DNA of 64,000 bases from Pocillopora damicornis. Lineage: Eukaryota. Under the pieces are notes generated by a model. That model searched no databases. It had not been told where the DNA came from and worked only from the letters and a program-made list of their open reading frames with translations. The DNA lies in the NCBI RefSeq assembly GCF_003704095.1, contig NW_020845387.1, forward strand, positions 124,001-188,000, read 5' to 3'. Below are positions 1-12,934 of this stretch, piece by piece; within the stretch, counting starts at the first letter, position 1, and each line of letters begins with the position of its first letter. Position numbers and translations under genes: made by a program.

Positions 1-259
1 TTTAAGTTATCACCACATCAATTAAAAGTGATCTCTTTGGCTAAAGTTAACATATTCTATAACAAATTTTTGTCGCCTTTGCAAAAAACAAGTACAAATC
101 AACCTGGTTTATTGGATTTTGTATAAAGGTTTTCTAAGAGCAAATGCTTTTTCATCTCTTCCTCTTAAGCTCAATTGCAATTGATTTGTAAATATATCAT
201 ACTATTTAAAAGTTGACTCTAACTATTTAGCTGCAGCATGTAGAATGAGTGACACATTG

Positions 260-395
260 GAACCTAGTAATAGCCTGGTGGTAGAGTATTGGAGTGGAAA
301 AGCTGTAGGTCTGAGGTTTGATTTCTCATGGGGACTCAGAATTTTGCTTTAGTCCCACACTCATGATACATTGAAAACATTTTCCCACTTACATT
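260..395 (+). mobile_element. Degenerate tRNA-derived SINE-like repeat
   Basis: A-box-like TGGTGGTAGAG and B-box-like GGTTTGATTTC followed by a CATGGGGACTCAGAATTTT tail, recalled as typical of anthozoan SINEs; CpG-decayed. Confidence 0.5.
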
Positions 396-810
396 TTATG
401 ATACTGTAAATCAGTGTTTATTGCAAGCATCACTGCGAGCACTTGCCATAAGTCAAAATTGAAGAAGCATTCTTGTAAGAGTTTCCTTTTAAACTTATAT
501 CTACTCCATCAGGTTGAGGAATACACACTTTTAGAATCAACTTATTAAGCAGAAACATTCTGATCAACAACACAAACAAACTAAAGTTATGAATGGACCA
601 GTCTACCTGAGAAGATTTAATGTAGGATCCCTCATACTTTCCACTCATCATAATCATATTAGAGACATCTAAATGCAACAATTTCTTCTCCTCAATAAAC
701 ATTTAAGAGAATTAGTTAAGTGCATGGGGAATGAGATGGATGACAGGGGGGTAGAGGAGGGGAGATATGACAGAATAATATGATGGGTGGTCACAAAATC
801 TGATGAAGGT

Positions 811-3800
811 CTAAGCAGCTGTGTCCCTGCTGCCCATGTCATTGTTTGTAGCTGCTTTTCTCACCAAAGGTTTACTCAGGATGTCATAAAAATAATCCTC
901 AGAGTTCATTGGATCCCAGATGCCTGGTGAAGTCTCATCTGCTTGGAACCTAACAATGTAAAGAAACAAACAAATCTTTTTCTTTTTCTTGCTAGTTCAC
1001 TCCCCCTCCCAAAAAAAAACATCACATGTCAAAAATTCCTCTTATCTACCCTCTTCTGTCAAAAGAGTCAAGTATAAGAAATTAGAATGACTGTAAGCCT
1101 AATGTGTGCTATTTCTTTGGTTCTTAATTATCAAAATTGTACAGCCATTTAAAACATTTCCACCCATGCAAACTAATCAAACAATGAAATATCCCTGCAG
1201 TAATGTAAGGTGTTGACATGGCTGCAGTGATAAAAGGTTCTCTTTACAATTGTATCAAATGCATATACCAATACAAGGTATACTTCATCACTTAATTTAA
1301 GTTCCTTAATCCAAATGAAAAGAACACTCATTAGAGATAATTTTCTTTTTTTTTTCACATAACTTGGATGAGATTTCTTTCAACCTACTTCATAATCTTG
1401 ATGAAAAAATTTTGAGCTCTCTCATTCTCTAGAATTAAAAAAACAACAAGTCAGTAACTACTGAGTCTTAAATGGTTCTGTGTATTCACTTTGATTATCT
1501 TAAAATGTCCATTAGATACATGTATTGAGTGAATTCTTACACTTTCCATAATTTTTATGCATTTCTCTGAATCTGTCCATGCATAACATAAAGGTTCAAA
1601 CAAATCACATGATTAACAGGTTTCAAAAGCCAGGAAAGAGGGGCAAAAGAGTAAAACAAAATACATAAGTTGAGATATTTATTGCCAAGCTGAGTCTGGG
1701 GGAATTATGAACACTCTTCACAGGAAAATATTAGTATACCTTAATCACTTTGATTAATATTAATGAAAAGAGCCAAATGATTTTCACTACAGATCTTCCA
1801 CAGTACACCAATAATAACTTTATTGTTTCAGTCATAATGGAAATAAGTTTCATGAAATAAGAATTAATATTTCCTGTATACACACCCTTAAACACTGTTA
1901 ACATGATTTTCTTCATCTGGGCTCTAAAATAATAAAATGTTTGGAAAATTAAACCAGGCTATGCACATGTAATATATGATATACCCGCCTAACATCCTTG
2001 ATAGTTAATAAAAATTGTTCATGCCAACAATGGTGCGATGAATTACTTATAATAACAAATTAATACACCTAAAACCAACCTGTGGGCAATCATCTCTAAA
2101 ATCAGCATTAGGAACTTTCCAAGTCCTTTGCCACGGGTCTCAGATTCCACTTGGATCTCATAGCTGAGAAACAAAGAAGAACTAAGTTGTCAGTACTTAC
2201 ATCAACACATACTTCAAATATTTTATAACATAAATACATAAAAAAATTATTTCCATGAAATATTGCAACCCTAATTACCAAATTTATGTTGGCAATTATC
2301 TGGGTGAGCCAGACCTGTTGCCACACAATGTAATCACTTTTGGTGGATCAAAACATTTTGCTTGTATACTGCTAGCCATTTTTAGTCCAATAAGTTTGAC
2401 TAGATATGTGGCCCCTTTTGAGCCATTATGTTCAGCTGTGATTGGCTTGTATTTAAAAACTGTGATCATGCATTTCCAAGATATGTTAATGATCTGGATG
2501 ATGATGATGATGATGATGTATATTTGGTCAAAATTATTGCATCAAGAAGAATGACAGAATGCAGTCAAATATTGTAATCTATAATGCAAGTGACCACATT
2601 ACAAGACAAAGGACAAATGATACTGCATATCCACAAAAATGAATAATCAACTTGTTTTCAAATTCATGTTTTTAAGGGCATTCTTCATCAATTATATCAA
2701 AGTTAAACTTACCAGTAAAGCACTTCGTCTCCCTCCTCCAAGTCAAACCTAAAATGTGAGAATGCCACAGCTTTTCCAGATTCTTCTCTGGCAATCAAAT
2801 ATCTAGAGACCAAAAGAACACTCAGCCAAAATCATGGGTAGCTGTATCTATCAAATACATGGCTAAGGATGAACAACACTCAAGGGCTTTGTCTCTAGTT
2901 ACCGAGCTTTATCTTCCGTCATTTCATCTCTCTTCCTTTTGTCATTCCATCCCCAGCTGCTATTCTCATAACTGTAGTTTTCAGAAGAATCAAAATGATT
3001 ACAAGATCTATGAAAGATAACAATTTTCAAGCAATAGACCCACATTAATGAATAACCTGAGTTTCAAAATTTGTAAAAACACTTACAGTAACTGCATGTT
3101 GTGTTTTGTGAGGTCAAATGCCCAGTTGATATCCTCAGTAGACATGTCTTGTAGTCGCTTGCACTCAAGGCAGAGATCCAACCTAACAAAATGTATAAGA
3201 AAGTTAAAACACTTTTTCAATATTGGTTTTTTCCCCCTCTAAAAGTGTGGGATGTCACCCAAAGCATATTAAACTTGTCAACAATACAAGAACATAGGGT
3301 GGTGTTTGGTGTTGAAGGAGAGAAAACTGTATCAAGGTTCAGCAGGAGACTATGAAAACCACATGAAAGGCATCCAGCCAGCCAGGATTGTTGGACTGCA
3401 AACCAAAAGAAGACTACACCTTCTTATCCCACACTCACCAGAGGGTTGGAAGGTAAGTGGAATAGCAACATACCAGCATGCCCATCAAGAAAAAAACACA
3501 TTGACAAAAAATGACTTGAGGTGTGTAGGGAAGCTATAAAACCCAACAGTCCCTGTCATATTATAAGATTTTCCTAGCTGTGCCTATAACATGACACCTC
3601 ACTGTCTTGATTCTTACCCAGACTTATATTTAGCCATGTCTAATTTTCAATGCAATGCAAATCAATATTTTCTGAGCCTTTGTCTTCCCCTATATTTAAT
3701 GAAGTTTAAATGTTCCATTTTTCCATGTCATATCCACATAGAGCTCACCCATTTCGTTTGAATGTCTTGAAGGCAGTTAGAGATGCCAAAGGATCTTTCA

Positions 3801-4653
3801 CCTGAACAAATAAAAACGTTATATACCTTATATTTAAGGATTTATAAGAATTCAACCCATGATTCAAGTAAATCAGGTGATCACTTCTTTCAAAATGGTA
3901 AGATTCTTATCTAATATTTTTATGATGTTGTTCAGTTAATTTCACTTAATTCCTTACAATTACTTCTTCACAAATATCAGTTTCACTAGATATCACAATT
4001 ACCTCATTAGCAACATCAATAACAGCTTGGGCAGCATTAACTTTGGCCATTTCCTTAAAACAAAATGTAAAATGTCTTTCTTAACAGGATTATCTAATTA
4101 TTTAGTATATTGTGCTTAGTCACAAGATATAATTTAATCTAATTGAGTGGACAACATGCATTTCCTGTAAAACCCAAATCAAAGATACTTAAAGTTGTTC
4201 ATCGCTCCCCGCCACAACGATAAAACCATGTGACAACCTTAATATGAAGTAATGGAGTGTTGATGAAGAAGAAGAAAACCCCAACTGTAAACACTATTAC
4301 CGGTATTAAAACCTTCCCCATGAGCTAAAAAAAAACATTTTGTCTGGATAAAGAAGATGTTGCATTCTATAATAGTACTTAACTATGTCCTTGATGGGTT
4401 TCTCGATCGCAGGTTAAAGAGGGTTTAAAGTGGATCCTGATTATGAGGTTCGACTTGCAAAGAAATATTTCTGAACTTACCTCCTTCCTTTTTAGCTTCT
4501 TCTCTTTACCTTTGCTAGATTTCTTCTGCGGACATGAAACACAGAAAGAAAAAAAAAAGGTTTAAAAATAAAAAAGCCTTCCGATTGCGGAGCACATACT
4601 TCAGCCTTAGAAACTCTGATCTCAGAAATTTCTGAGGCATAACCTACCCCCAT
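811..4653 (-). CDS. NAA40: N-alpha-acetyltransferase 40 (NatD), about 11 coding exons
   Basis: Spliced translation MG|[15 protein letters not shown]|[17 protein letters not shown]|[18 protein letters not shown]...[17 protein letters not shown]...[36 protein letters not shown]...KKIMLTVFK...DETSP...YDILSK. All introns GT-AG; ATG at 4653, TAG at 811-813. Confidence 0.93.
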
Positions 4654-4985
4654 TTTGTCAATAATAATGAAATTAACTGTTGGTTATGCCTGACGCTGAC
4701 TACTATCGCTTTGAAATATAGATATACGCCAAAATATCTCTCTCAAAAAATTATCGTTTCCCGCGCGATTTTATCCGCCATCTTGAATTTTATAAGTTTT
4801 AGGATGCATGCTGGGAAATACTCTCTCTCTCTCCCCAGTGTTTTCCGGACGAAGAATGCTATTGACGTCAACTAGAAAGGCGACGATCACGGGAAGTGGG
4901 AAGTTAGTGAGTTTTTCACAGAGAACTTTGTGAATAGATGTCTTTATCTTACCAACGTACTACTTAAAAAACTCTCAGTGACAGT
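4654..4985. promoter_or_regulatory. Bidirectional CpG-rich promoter and 5' UTRs shared by NAA40 and NAPA
   Basis: Start codons diverge about 330 bp apart; CpG-rich; CRE palindrome TGACGTCA near 4863; CCGCCATCTT (YY1-like) near 4775. Confidence 0.7.
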
Positions 4986-7900
4986 ATGTCTAACGAAGAG
5001 AAAGCAATCGATCTTATTACTCAGGCTGAGAAGAAAGTGAAATCGTCACAGGGTTTTTTGGGTGGATTATTTGGGTAAGTTTTAGTGAGTAACTGCCGAA
5101 TTCAGTTGCATCTAGACACATAATTTGACGATCTCAGGTAGAGATTTGAAGTTACATGTCAGCTGAACGGACGAAATTTTTCTCGGTTTTTCTAGGGGTA
5201 CTTCAAAGCTCGAAGAAGCCACGGAGATGTATATTAGTGCTGGCAACATGTTTAAAATGGCACAAAAATGGAGTGGTATGTACCTTGCCAGTTAATCAAA
5301 TGATTGATACAACTGTTACAGTTAATGAACGTAACTGAATAGAATTGATTGTAGATTTTTGAATGTATACCACGAGTGACAGTATATTTAGTCAACCTAC
5401 ACCATCAAGGGTGTGTAGTTATCCCTCCCCTCCCATGATCTGAATAATAAGGGGGTGGGATGAAGGCATTGCATGCTCTGTACAAAGCCTCAGTCAACAG
5501 TCAATTGCTCGTGAGAGTGGATGGAAAGTCCATTTATGGGGGCTTTTTTTCAACAGACACTTGCATGGTATGGTATGGTTTGTGAATGTTTTGGTGGAGT
5601 TGTCAAGTGGCTGATGGAACATAATAACAGTCACTGTCTAACAGTTAGAGTTAGTTGACCATCATTTCACTTTCTGTCCTCCATTGCCTGCCCATTACCT
5701 TAATAGCTGAATTACAAAAATATGTTAAAAACAGAAATTAACTAATAAAGTAGAAGGGAAAGAGACAGTATTGAATAACAACAAGAAAAACCATTACATT
5801 GACCTAATTTAAAATATTAAAGGTACAGTTACTGTTTATAAAATAGTCAGGAAAGATCAGGAGAAGTATTTTACTTTTTGTATAATTTCAGATGAATCTA
5901 TATAAGAGTCTTGTGAACCTAATATGTTGAATAAAATTTGTTTGAGTTTTCTTTTAAATGCATTTTTGGAAAGATTTCTTAATGCTTGAGGTATTGCATT
6001 CCACACTTTTACTCCTATTCGAGAGAAGGAATTCACTTGAACAGATAGCCTAGAAGGTTTGGTATAGAAGTCATTAGAGGCAGAAGAACGTGTATTGTAA
6101 GAATGAACTTTAGATATATCTTGAAATAGATCTTGAATATTGGATGGGGCTGTTCTGTTTCAAACGTCAAACATCAAATTAGCTATAGATTCATAATAAA
6201 CAAATTTTAGCATTAAGATATGAGTGTCAACAAATAAAGGAATTGCATGCTCATTATGATCAGAAAAGTAGATAAAGCAAAGAGCTCATTTCTGTAACTT
6301 TAGGAGCTTGTCAAGGTAAGATTTACAAGCCTGACCCCGTACTGTCAGACCGTATGTTAAGTAAGGAGCTATAAGAGCTTGGTATATATTTAAGAAGGTA
6401 TGTGCTGGCAGGTAGTGTTGTAATTTTACAATTAATCCTACAGTTCTTCTTGCTTTAATGATTATATGGTCAATATGGTGTTTCCAAAACAAATTTTTAT
6501 CAATTAAAATCCCGAGATATTTGTCATAATCTTTATGCTCCAGAGCCACCTTCTTGTTCTTGTTTGTTATCAAATATCACGATTTAAGGTTGATAAGAAA
6601 GTTTCCTTTGGGCAGGGCAAATTACTTTTTTTAATATTCAAGGTCAATTTGTTTGCAGTTAACCAATCATATACTTTGTTAAGTTCTTGATTTATTTAGA
6701 GTTCCAAAGATTTCAGATTTTTATCAGTAAAAAGGATATTTATATCCTCTAAAAAAAGGTAAAAACTAAGCTTATCTGATGATTCCTGTATGTCATTGAT
6801 ATATAGCAAAAAAAGCTGTGGGCCTAGAACAGAACCCTGAGGCACTCCTCAGGTAGAATCTAACCTTTCAGAAATATGAGGACGAATTTGAGTTGTTTGA
6901 GTTTTCCCTTGCAAGTAGGAAGAAAACCAGATATTTATACTGCCGCAAAAACCATAGTGATCTAACTTGTGCAAAAGAATTTCGTGATCTACAGTATCAA
7001 AAGCCTTTTTCAGGTCAATGAAAATCCCGGATGAGAATAAACAGTTGTTCATATTTGTCTGTATTGCATTCACAATATCTAGGATTGCATGCTGAGTAGA
7101 ATGTGCCTTGCGAAAGCCATATTGGGATGGAGTGAGCAGGTTCTTCTGTTCAATAAAAGACTCCATTCTTTTAAACACTATTTTTTCAAATATCCTGTTG
7201 AAATTAAAGAAGTAGAACAATTGGCCTATAATTGTTAATGTCAGTATTATCATCTTGTTTGAAAATTGGAATAATCTTTGCCATTGCTCAGAGGGATAAA
7301 CTCCAGTTGAAATAGATGTCTTTAGAATATCCGCCAGAATGCCACTTATAAGATTTGAAGAGCACTTTAATATCTGTGTTGGACACAAGTATAAGCCATG
7401 AGATTTATTATTTGGTATGTAAGAAATTTCTAGTCTAAATTCCTCTGGAGTAACTAGGTTAACAGCAAACAACGAATCAGTTGATTTGGTTCTCTTAAGA
7501 AAGAAACAAATTTTTCAATCATATACATGGAACAAGCCTTCTCACAACACTCATGATGTGGCGTAGGGTAATGATCCATTTCTGCTATGGTCAAAGGGTA
7601 TAATATTTCTAGTGAATCATTGACCAGCCAATTTGAAGCAGCCATGATTGATGATCAACCAGGTCTTGGATGATTTTGACATCAGTTTTGTGAGTGGTTT
7701 GCCTCTGTGACCAAAAGAAAAAATACTTTTAACTTAAAGTATGTTGATGTAGGGAAGGATTTGATGTCCTCTATAGCAAGTACTTGACAAAGGTGTGCTC
7801 TGCTTCTGAATTACACAACTTTTCAAAACTATTTAGAATTATTGTTTTTGTTTTTGTTTTTGCTTTTTAAACTAAACAGCTGCTGGGAAAGCATTTATGG

Positions 7901-10900
7901 AGGCAGCCAAACTACAAATCAATTTACAGTCCAAACATGAGGCAGGTCAGCGTTATGTTGATGCTGGGAACTGTTTTAAGAAAACAGATGTAGAAGGTAT
8001 GATCTTTGAACTGTTTGATAAATTTTGTGGTTAACTTGGAATATACACTGGTTTAAATTGCAGGATGGTCATTTGGCATTTTAGATAAGGCAATTATCTG
8101 GCAACTAAGAAGAATTTCTCTAGCTAGAGTTTGATGACCTGAGCTTCCTTCCACCATGGAGAACATAATTCTTATACTCTACACTAATTCCCTGCAAACA
8201 CGTTTCTAAATGAAAATGATGGACACTGTCAGCAAAATTAAGAATATTCACTAAAAGAAGTCTGTGTTTGGAATAATATAAAATTTCATATTCTGTGTAA
8301 CAAGAATTCTAGAAATTTCCTTAAGTAGCTGAGAGATGGGCCAAAAATTGGCTTGCTAATCACCTGGACTAAATTATATTTAAAGAAAAAAATATCTTAC
8401 TTACAAAAGAAGACATAAAATGTGTAGTATTGAGTTTTGGGTGCACACACTTGTACAAAGGTTGTAAGAACACTCCTTTATTGGAGGGATATATGCTGAG
8501 TGGATGGTTCTCAAGGGAGGTTGTCACTGGATATCAAGTAGAGTTTGATCTCTAATCTGATTGTTTTACTTACTGTTTTTTTGCAGAGGCTGTGAGAGCT
8601 TTTGAAATGGCTATCAACATTTATACCGATATGGTAAAATCTTTTCATTCAACTCTTTATTCTATTTAAACCTTTGGTTAACTTGTAAATTGCAGGGAAG
8701 GTACATTCGAAATGCCTCAAACATGTTTGCTGCTGTTCATTACATCTCAAACCCTTAAGAGACAAGTATGATTTATTCATTACGGGACTCAAAGACATGT
8801 TTTCCTTTGATATGAATGACCAACTCTATCCATTTTTTCATTGGTATGACTGAGGGCAGCATGAAAGAAAACCCCAAGTTGGATGTTAAACTTTAGAGTG
8901 TAGATGATTTTGAGGGGCACTGTTTAAGTATAAGGTCAACCTTCACTCACATGTTTCATTCTTTTATTACATTTTGTATTGTTTTTATATGTTTCCTCGA
9001 TAAGGGTCGTTTTACAATGGCTGCAAAACATCACATTACAGTAGCTGAGATGTATGAGAGCAATGCTGTTGACTTGGAAAAGGTAACAAACAGCAAAATA
9101 CTCTTCTTGTAGGTGACATGCTGTCTGATAAGCAAGGATGAAACACCTCTCTCATCAAACTTCCATCAGCCTTCTTTGATTGGATTTGTATATTTCCAGA
9201 AACTAGTGCATTGGCCACCATGGAAATTTGGAACTGAATAGCACACTGACTGAAATCATACAAGGATTTTAAAATTAGTTTATGTCAGTAGAAGTATCAT
9301 AATAGCTTTGTACTTGATGGATCAAAGGCATGTCACTTTTTATATTTTATTTTTTTAGGCTATATTCCACTATGAGCAAGCTGCACAGTATTACAGAGGT
9401 GAAGAATCAACCAGGTGAAACCACTACTCCTTCTTTTAATACGTCGTAAAAGTTAACTTACATGAGGAATTCTTAATTAAAACTAATTTATAACATAAGA
9501 AGAACCAAAGAAACTTCTTTTTCTTGTGACTCGGAGAAGGAATAGTGACCATGTTCAGTGTGCTGTGAGTGATCCATCATAAACTTAGGAACTGGGAATC
9601 ATTTCTTTTAGGTCTTGTGTAGGTTTCTTCCAGAGCACTCTTACCATATTTATTTCATTACACCCAGAAGTGTTTATTAAATTTTTGGTGGTTCGAATGT
9701 GGCATTTATTATTTATTTAAAATCCAAACAATACTATGGTAACTGATCATTTTAATTTAAGAAAATAGAAACATGTTTTAGTGCTTTTCTTAAAAGTCAT
9801 TTTTATATTGTTTTCAATTTTACAATTTGCATGTAAATACTACTGCAATAAATAAAGTGAATAAAGATCTTATGTCAGATATCTTACCTCAACATCAGAA
9901 CTGGTACATTAAAAAGGATTTGTGTCTGGTTCACTCTAAATTTCCAACTGTGATCAAAGCAATGATTGCTGTGTGCTTCTTGAGTCTATTAATTGAATAA
10001 ACACCTCATGATGATGTGCCATTTATTCAAGGGCAGTGTTTATTAATATTTCTGCTCTAAAATGCAGTGTTTATTCTTGGGTGGCATTTAATCAAATAAA
10101 TACGGTATTCAGTGCATGTTTGAGAATAGCATTTTACCAATAAAAACAAACATTTTCTTGTGGATAAAGGAGACTAAAGGGGAACTAACCAAGAACCTAA
10201 AGTTAATAAATGGACTCACAAAATTACAATATCATTTTACAGTCTTTTCATTTTTTCTTTTTCTTCTATCATCTTCAGCTCAGCAAACAAGTGCTTACTA
10301 AAAGTTGCAACATTTTCAGCCCAGATGGAGGAATATGGAAAGGCTATTGAGATTTATGAACAGGTTTGCATTTTGACAAGTACCTGACTGTATACCAGCA
10401 ATTTGGAAATTATGTGCATCAAAAGTTTTCATTAGGCCTTATAAACCAAATTGTACAATTTGAAAATTAATTTACCAGATCTATACTCAAACTCTAAGAT
10501 TTCAGCATAGTTTGTTTATCTCTAGAGTGTTGATGGTACAATTATAAATTTGATAATCAATACCTAATAATTCAATTTTTTAATGGGATAGTTTAAATAC
10601 TTTCTTATTCAACGCTTCATGGAACCTTCTTTGTTTTTTTGAGATTTTACATTTCAGGAATCAATCCCATCTCCTTTCCTGGCATTCTCAGAAACTCTAT
10701 TTATATCCTGGCTAAATATACTCTCTAATAGGAATAATTATTTTCAATTGATAAAGGCTTTCAAAGATATGTTCAGCAATGTATGAATCTTTGAAAAAAT
10801 TGTTGTAAACTTGATTAGTTTTCAAACAAAATTTTGATGGTCTTATAGACTGAAACTATTTGACTTGCAAACTATATTCTAGATGAAAAATACATGAGAA

Positions 10901-11729
10901 CCTTGTTGTCTGTCTTAAAGGCAATCTGATATGATCTTTCAGGTTGCCGCTGATGCCATTGAAAGTTCACTGCTGAAATATAGTGCCAAAGAGTACTTCT
11001 TTAAGGCAGCTCTGTGTCAAATGTGTATTGATGTTGTGGAGGCTCAGAGGGCAGTGGGAAAATACTGCAATATGTACCCAGCATTTGAGGACACAAGAGA
11101 ATGTAAACTGTTGAAGGTAATTATTTATCAACTGATTTTCTGATACATCCTGAATCATTAAATCAAGCTAAATAACATTCTATGTATGTGAAGTTCATTG
11201 GTTTCATTATGGTACTTAAATGTTTTCTTTTAATGTTCAGAATCTCCTTGTTGCCCAAGAAGAGCAAAATGCAGAGTCCTTCACTGAAGCTGTGAGTTGC
11301 TCAGTTTATGTAAATTATGTAAACCAAATACCTGATACATAATCAGAAATTGATTCATTGAGTAGGAGTCTGTAAAGGAAGGGTATTTTTTGCATAGCAT
11401 GCACTTAGGGTATTTTTGTGAAAAATTTGGCTCCCATCTTGAATTTTAAAGCAGGGTAAGTTTGGAGAAGGGAGTGTTTGGTAGTCTAGATAAACTGGAG
11501 TGGGGGAGGGGGGAGGGGGTGAAAAGGTCCTGTCCCTCCTCTCTGTGTCCTCTCTAACCCTAAATCAAACATGGCAGTTATACACCTGTACTAATATCAT
11601 GATTTTTGTCCCTTCCTCTCTCCTGGACAGGTCAAGGAATATGATAGTATATCAAGAATAGATCAGTGGCTGACTACAATGCTTTTACGAATCAAAAAAG
11701 GAATGAATGAGGAGCCAGATCTCACTTAA
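4986..11729 (+). CDS. NAPA: Alpha-soluble NSF attachment protein (alpha-SNAP), 10 coding exons
   Basis: [30 protein letters not shown]...[11 protein letters not shown]...[15 protein letters not shown]...[11 protein letters not shown]...[16 protein letters not shown]...[13 protein letters not shown]...[30 protein letters not shown]. Exons approx. 4986-5074, 5196-5275, 7881-7996, 8587-8633, 9005-9082, 9359-9414, 10279-10363, 10943-11116, 11241-11291, 11631-11729. Confidence 0.96.
5700..7472 (-). mobile_element. 5'-truncated, frameshifted non-LTR retrotransposon (CR1/L2-type reverse transcriptase) in NAPA intron 2
   Basis: ORF fragments with [33 protein letters not shown] and KYLGILID motifs, broken by stops and frameshifts. 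The 3' end is approximate. Confidence 0.9.
7527..7792 (+). ncRNA. Candidate long H/ACA-box RNA in NAPA intron 2
   Basis: Long irregular 5' hairpin (CAAGCC/GGTTTG, CTCACAA/TTGTGAG, TGATGT/ACATCA, ATCCA/TGGAT, TGGTCAA/TTGACCA); H box AAAAGA at 7713-7718; 3' hairpin (AAGTAT/GTACTT, AGGA/TCCT); ACA at 7787-7789, about 90 nt before the 3' splice site. Confidence 0.45.
8820..8954 (+). ncRNA. Candidate H/ACA snoRNA or scaRNA in NAPA intron 4
   Basis: 135 nt with two hairpins (CCAACT/AGTTGG plus TTTTTTCAT/ATGAAAGAA around a 7x7 pocket; GAGTG/CACTC plus TGATTTT/AAGGTCA); TGAG in the apical regions; ACA at 8949-8951. H box is non-canonical (ATGTTA). Confidence 0.45.
9642..10107. mobile_element. Non-autonomous DNA transposon (MITE) in NAPA intron 6
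   Basis: Terminal inverted repeats TACCATATTTATTT / AAATAAATACGGTA with internal repeated GTGGCATTTA / GTGTTTATT subterminal motifs. Confidence 0.65.
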
Positions 11730-12308
11730 AGTAGCATTTCCTTAACTTATTTAGATTTCTTACACAAGGAAACTGTAACAAATAAGGATACATAACATCT
11801 GAAAATCACATGGAAGGGCACAATAATAATTGTTGCCAAAAGAAAGCAAGAATAACTTGAAAGAGCTCTATTTTCTCTATTCAAACTCTCCTCTCCTACA
11901 TCATGAATATTATTATAAAATAACAGCGACACAGTTTGTTGTGCTTCACATAAAATTATTACAAATACAGCCTGCATAGTTGTATACAAACCCAGTTTAC
12001 CAGACTGTTTAGTATTAATGTGCCTTTGTGTGGAGGGTCTTTTTGTTTTGTAGTTGACATAAATTGTGTTCAAAATGTAGTTCCCCCTAAAATTCTTCTT
12101 GGACATAAAAATTACTCATGCTATCCTTACATTTACACTAATTGCAGCAATAACCCTACAAGTTGTTGTGAGTAAATTGCTGGTGGTCTTACTCTCCTTT
12201 TAGAAGGGAGGGGATGGTGGGGCTCAAAGAGTTGCAACCCTGGAGTAAATTGGTCCTTAAAATATTTCTCACCAATCCAAAAAATTATAATTGGTTTTCC
12301 TTTTAAGC

Positions 12309-12450
12309 TTGTCTTCCTCATCCTTCACAATGGTAGAGACTGCTTGAATTGATTTTCATTAACGTTTATCATCATGCAAAACCCGAATTCCAAAAAAGAG
12401 ACAAGATGTGCAGAAAGAGAAAAATGTCTTAGATATAATTTCTGGTGCCA
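12309..12450 (+). repeat. Direct repeat copy 1 (~140 bp)
   Basis: Near-identical to 16499-16639: one substitution (AACGTTTATC vs AACATTTATC) and one 1-bp indel near the right end. Confidence 0.95.
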
Positions 12451-12774
12451 AATTGAAGTTCAGTAGAAAAAAGAAAACTTCAATATTCTCCTTGCCTTCA
12501 GCACCCCAACACTGAGGGAATTTATTATTGTAATGTAAGTTGACATTGGAGGTGAAATGGGGGATGAAAGAGTTTCTCAAGGCAAAACCTGAAGCAGTAA
12601 TAATAAACAGATCGAGCGTTAGCACTGCACATTGACCTACTCTATTGATCAACAGAAGAAAAGTGATTTCCAGATAATTATTACTAGGACAGGATTTGGA
12701 ACGGGAGGGCGGGTGAAACAAAAGCGGAAAGGCACGCAACCAAAGCTGTTTGTGCGGCCAGGTACTTTCAAAAT

Positions 12775-12934
12775 CAGTGGCGGATCTAGGGAAGGGCCCC
12801 CCTTCCCCCTTATTTTGGGCGGAAAGAAGAAAAAGAATCGCCGAAGGGAGAAAAGCCGGCAGAGCAACCGACAAAAAAAGTCAACCCCCCCTCCACTTCC
12901 CCCCCTTTTAGCTCAAGGTCTTGATCCGCCACTG
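12775..12934. mobile_element. Short MITE with CAGTGGCGGATC terminal inverted repeats
   Basis: CAGTGGCGGATC at 12775 and GATCCGCCACTG ending at 12934; AAAAT on both flanks (possible TSD). Confidence 0.75.

Noticed and set aside
11554-11563. CTAACCCTAA, a telomerase-template-like 10-mer
   Set aside because: Lies in a G/C-run, repeat-like stretch of the last NAPA intron with no flanking enclosing helix or pseudoknot evident.
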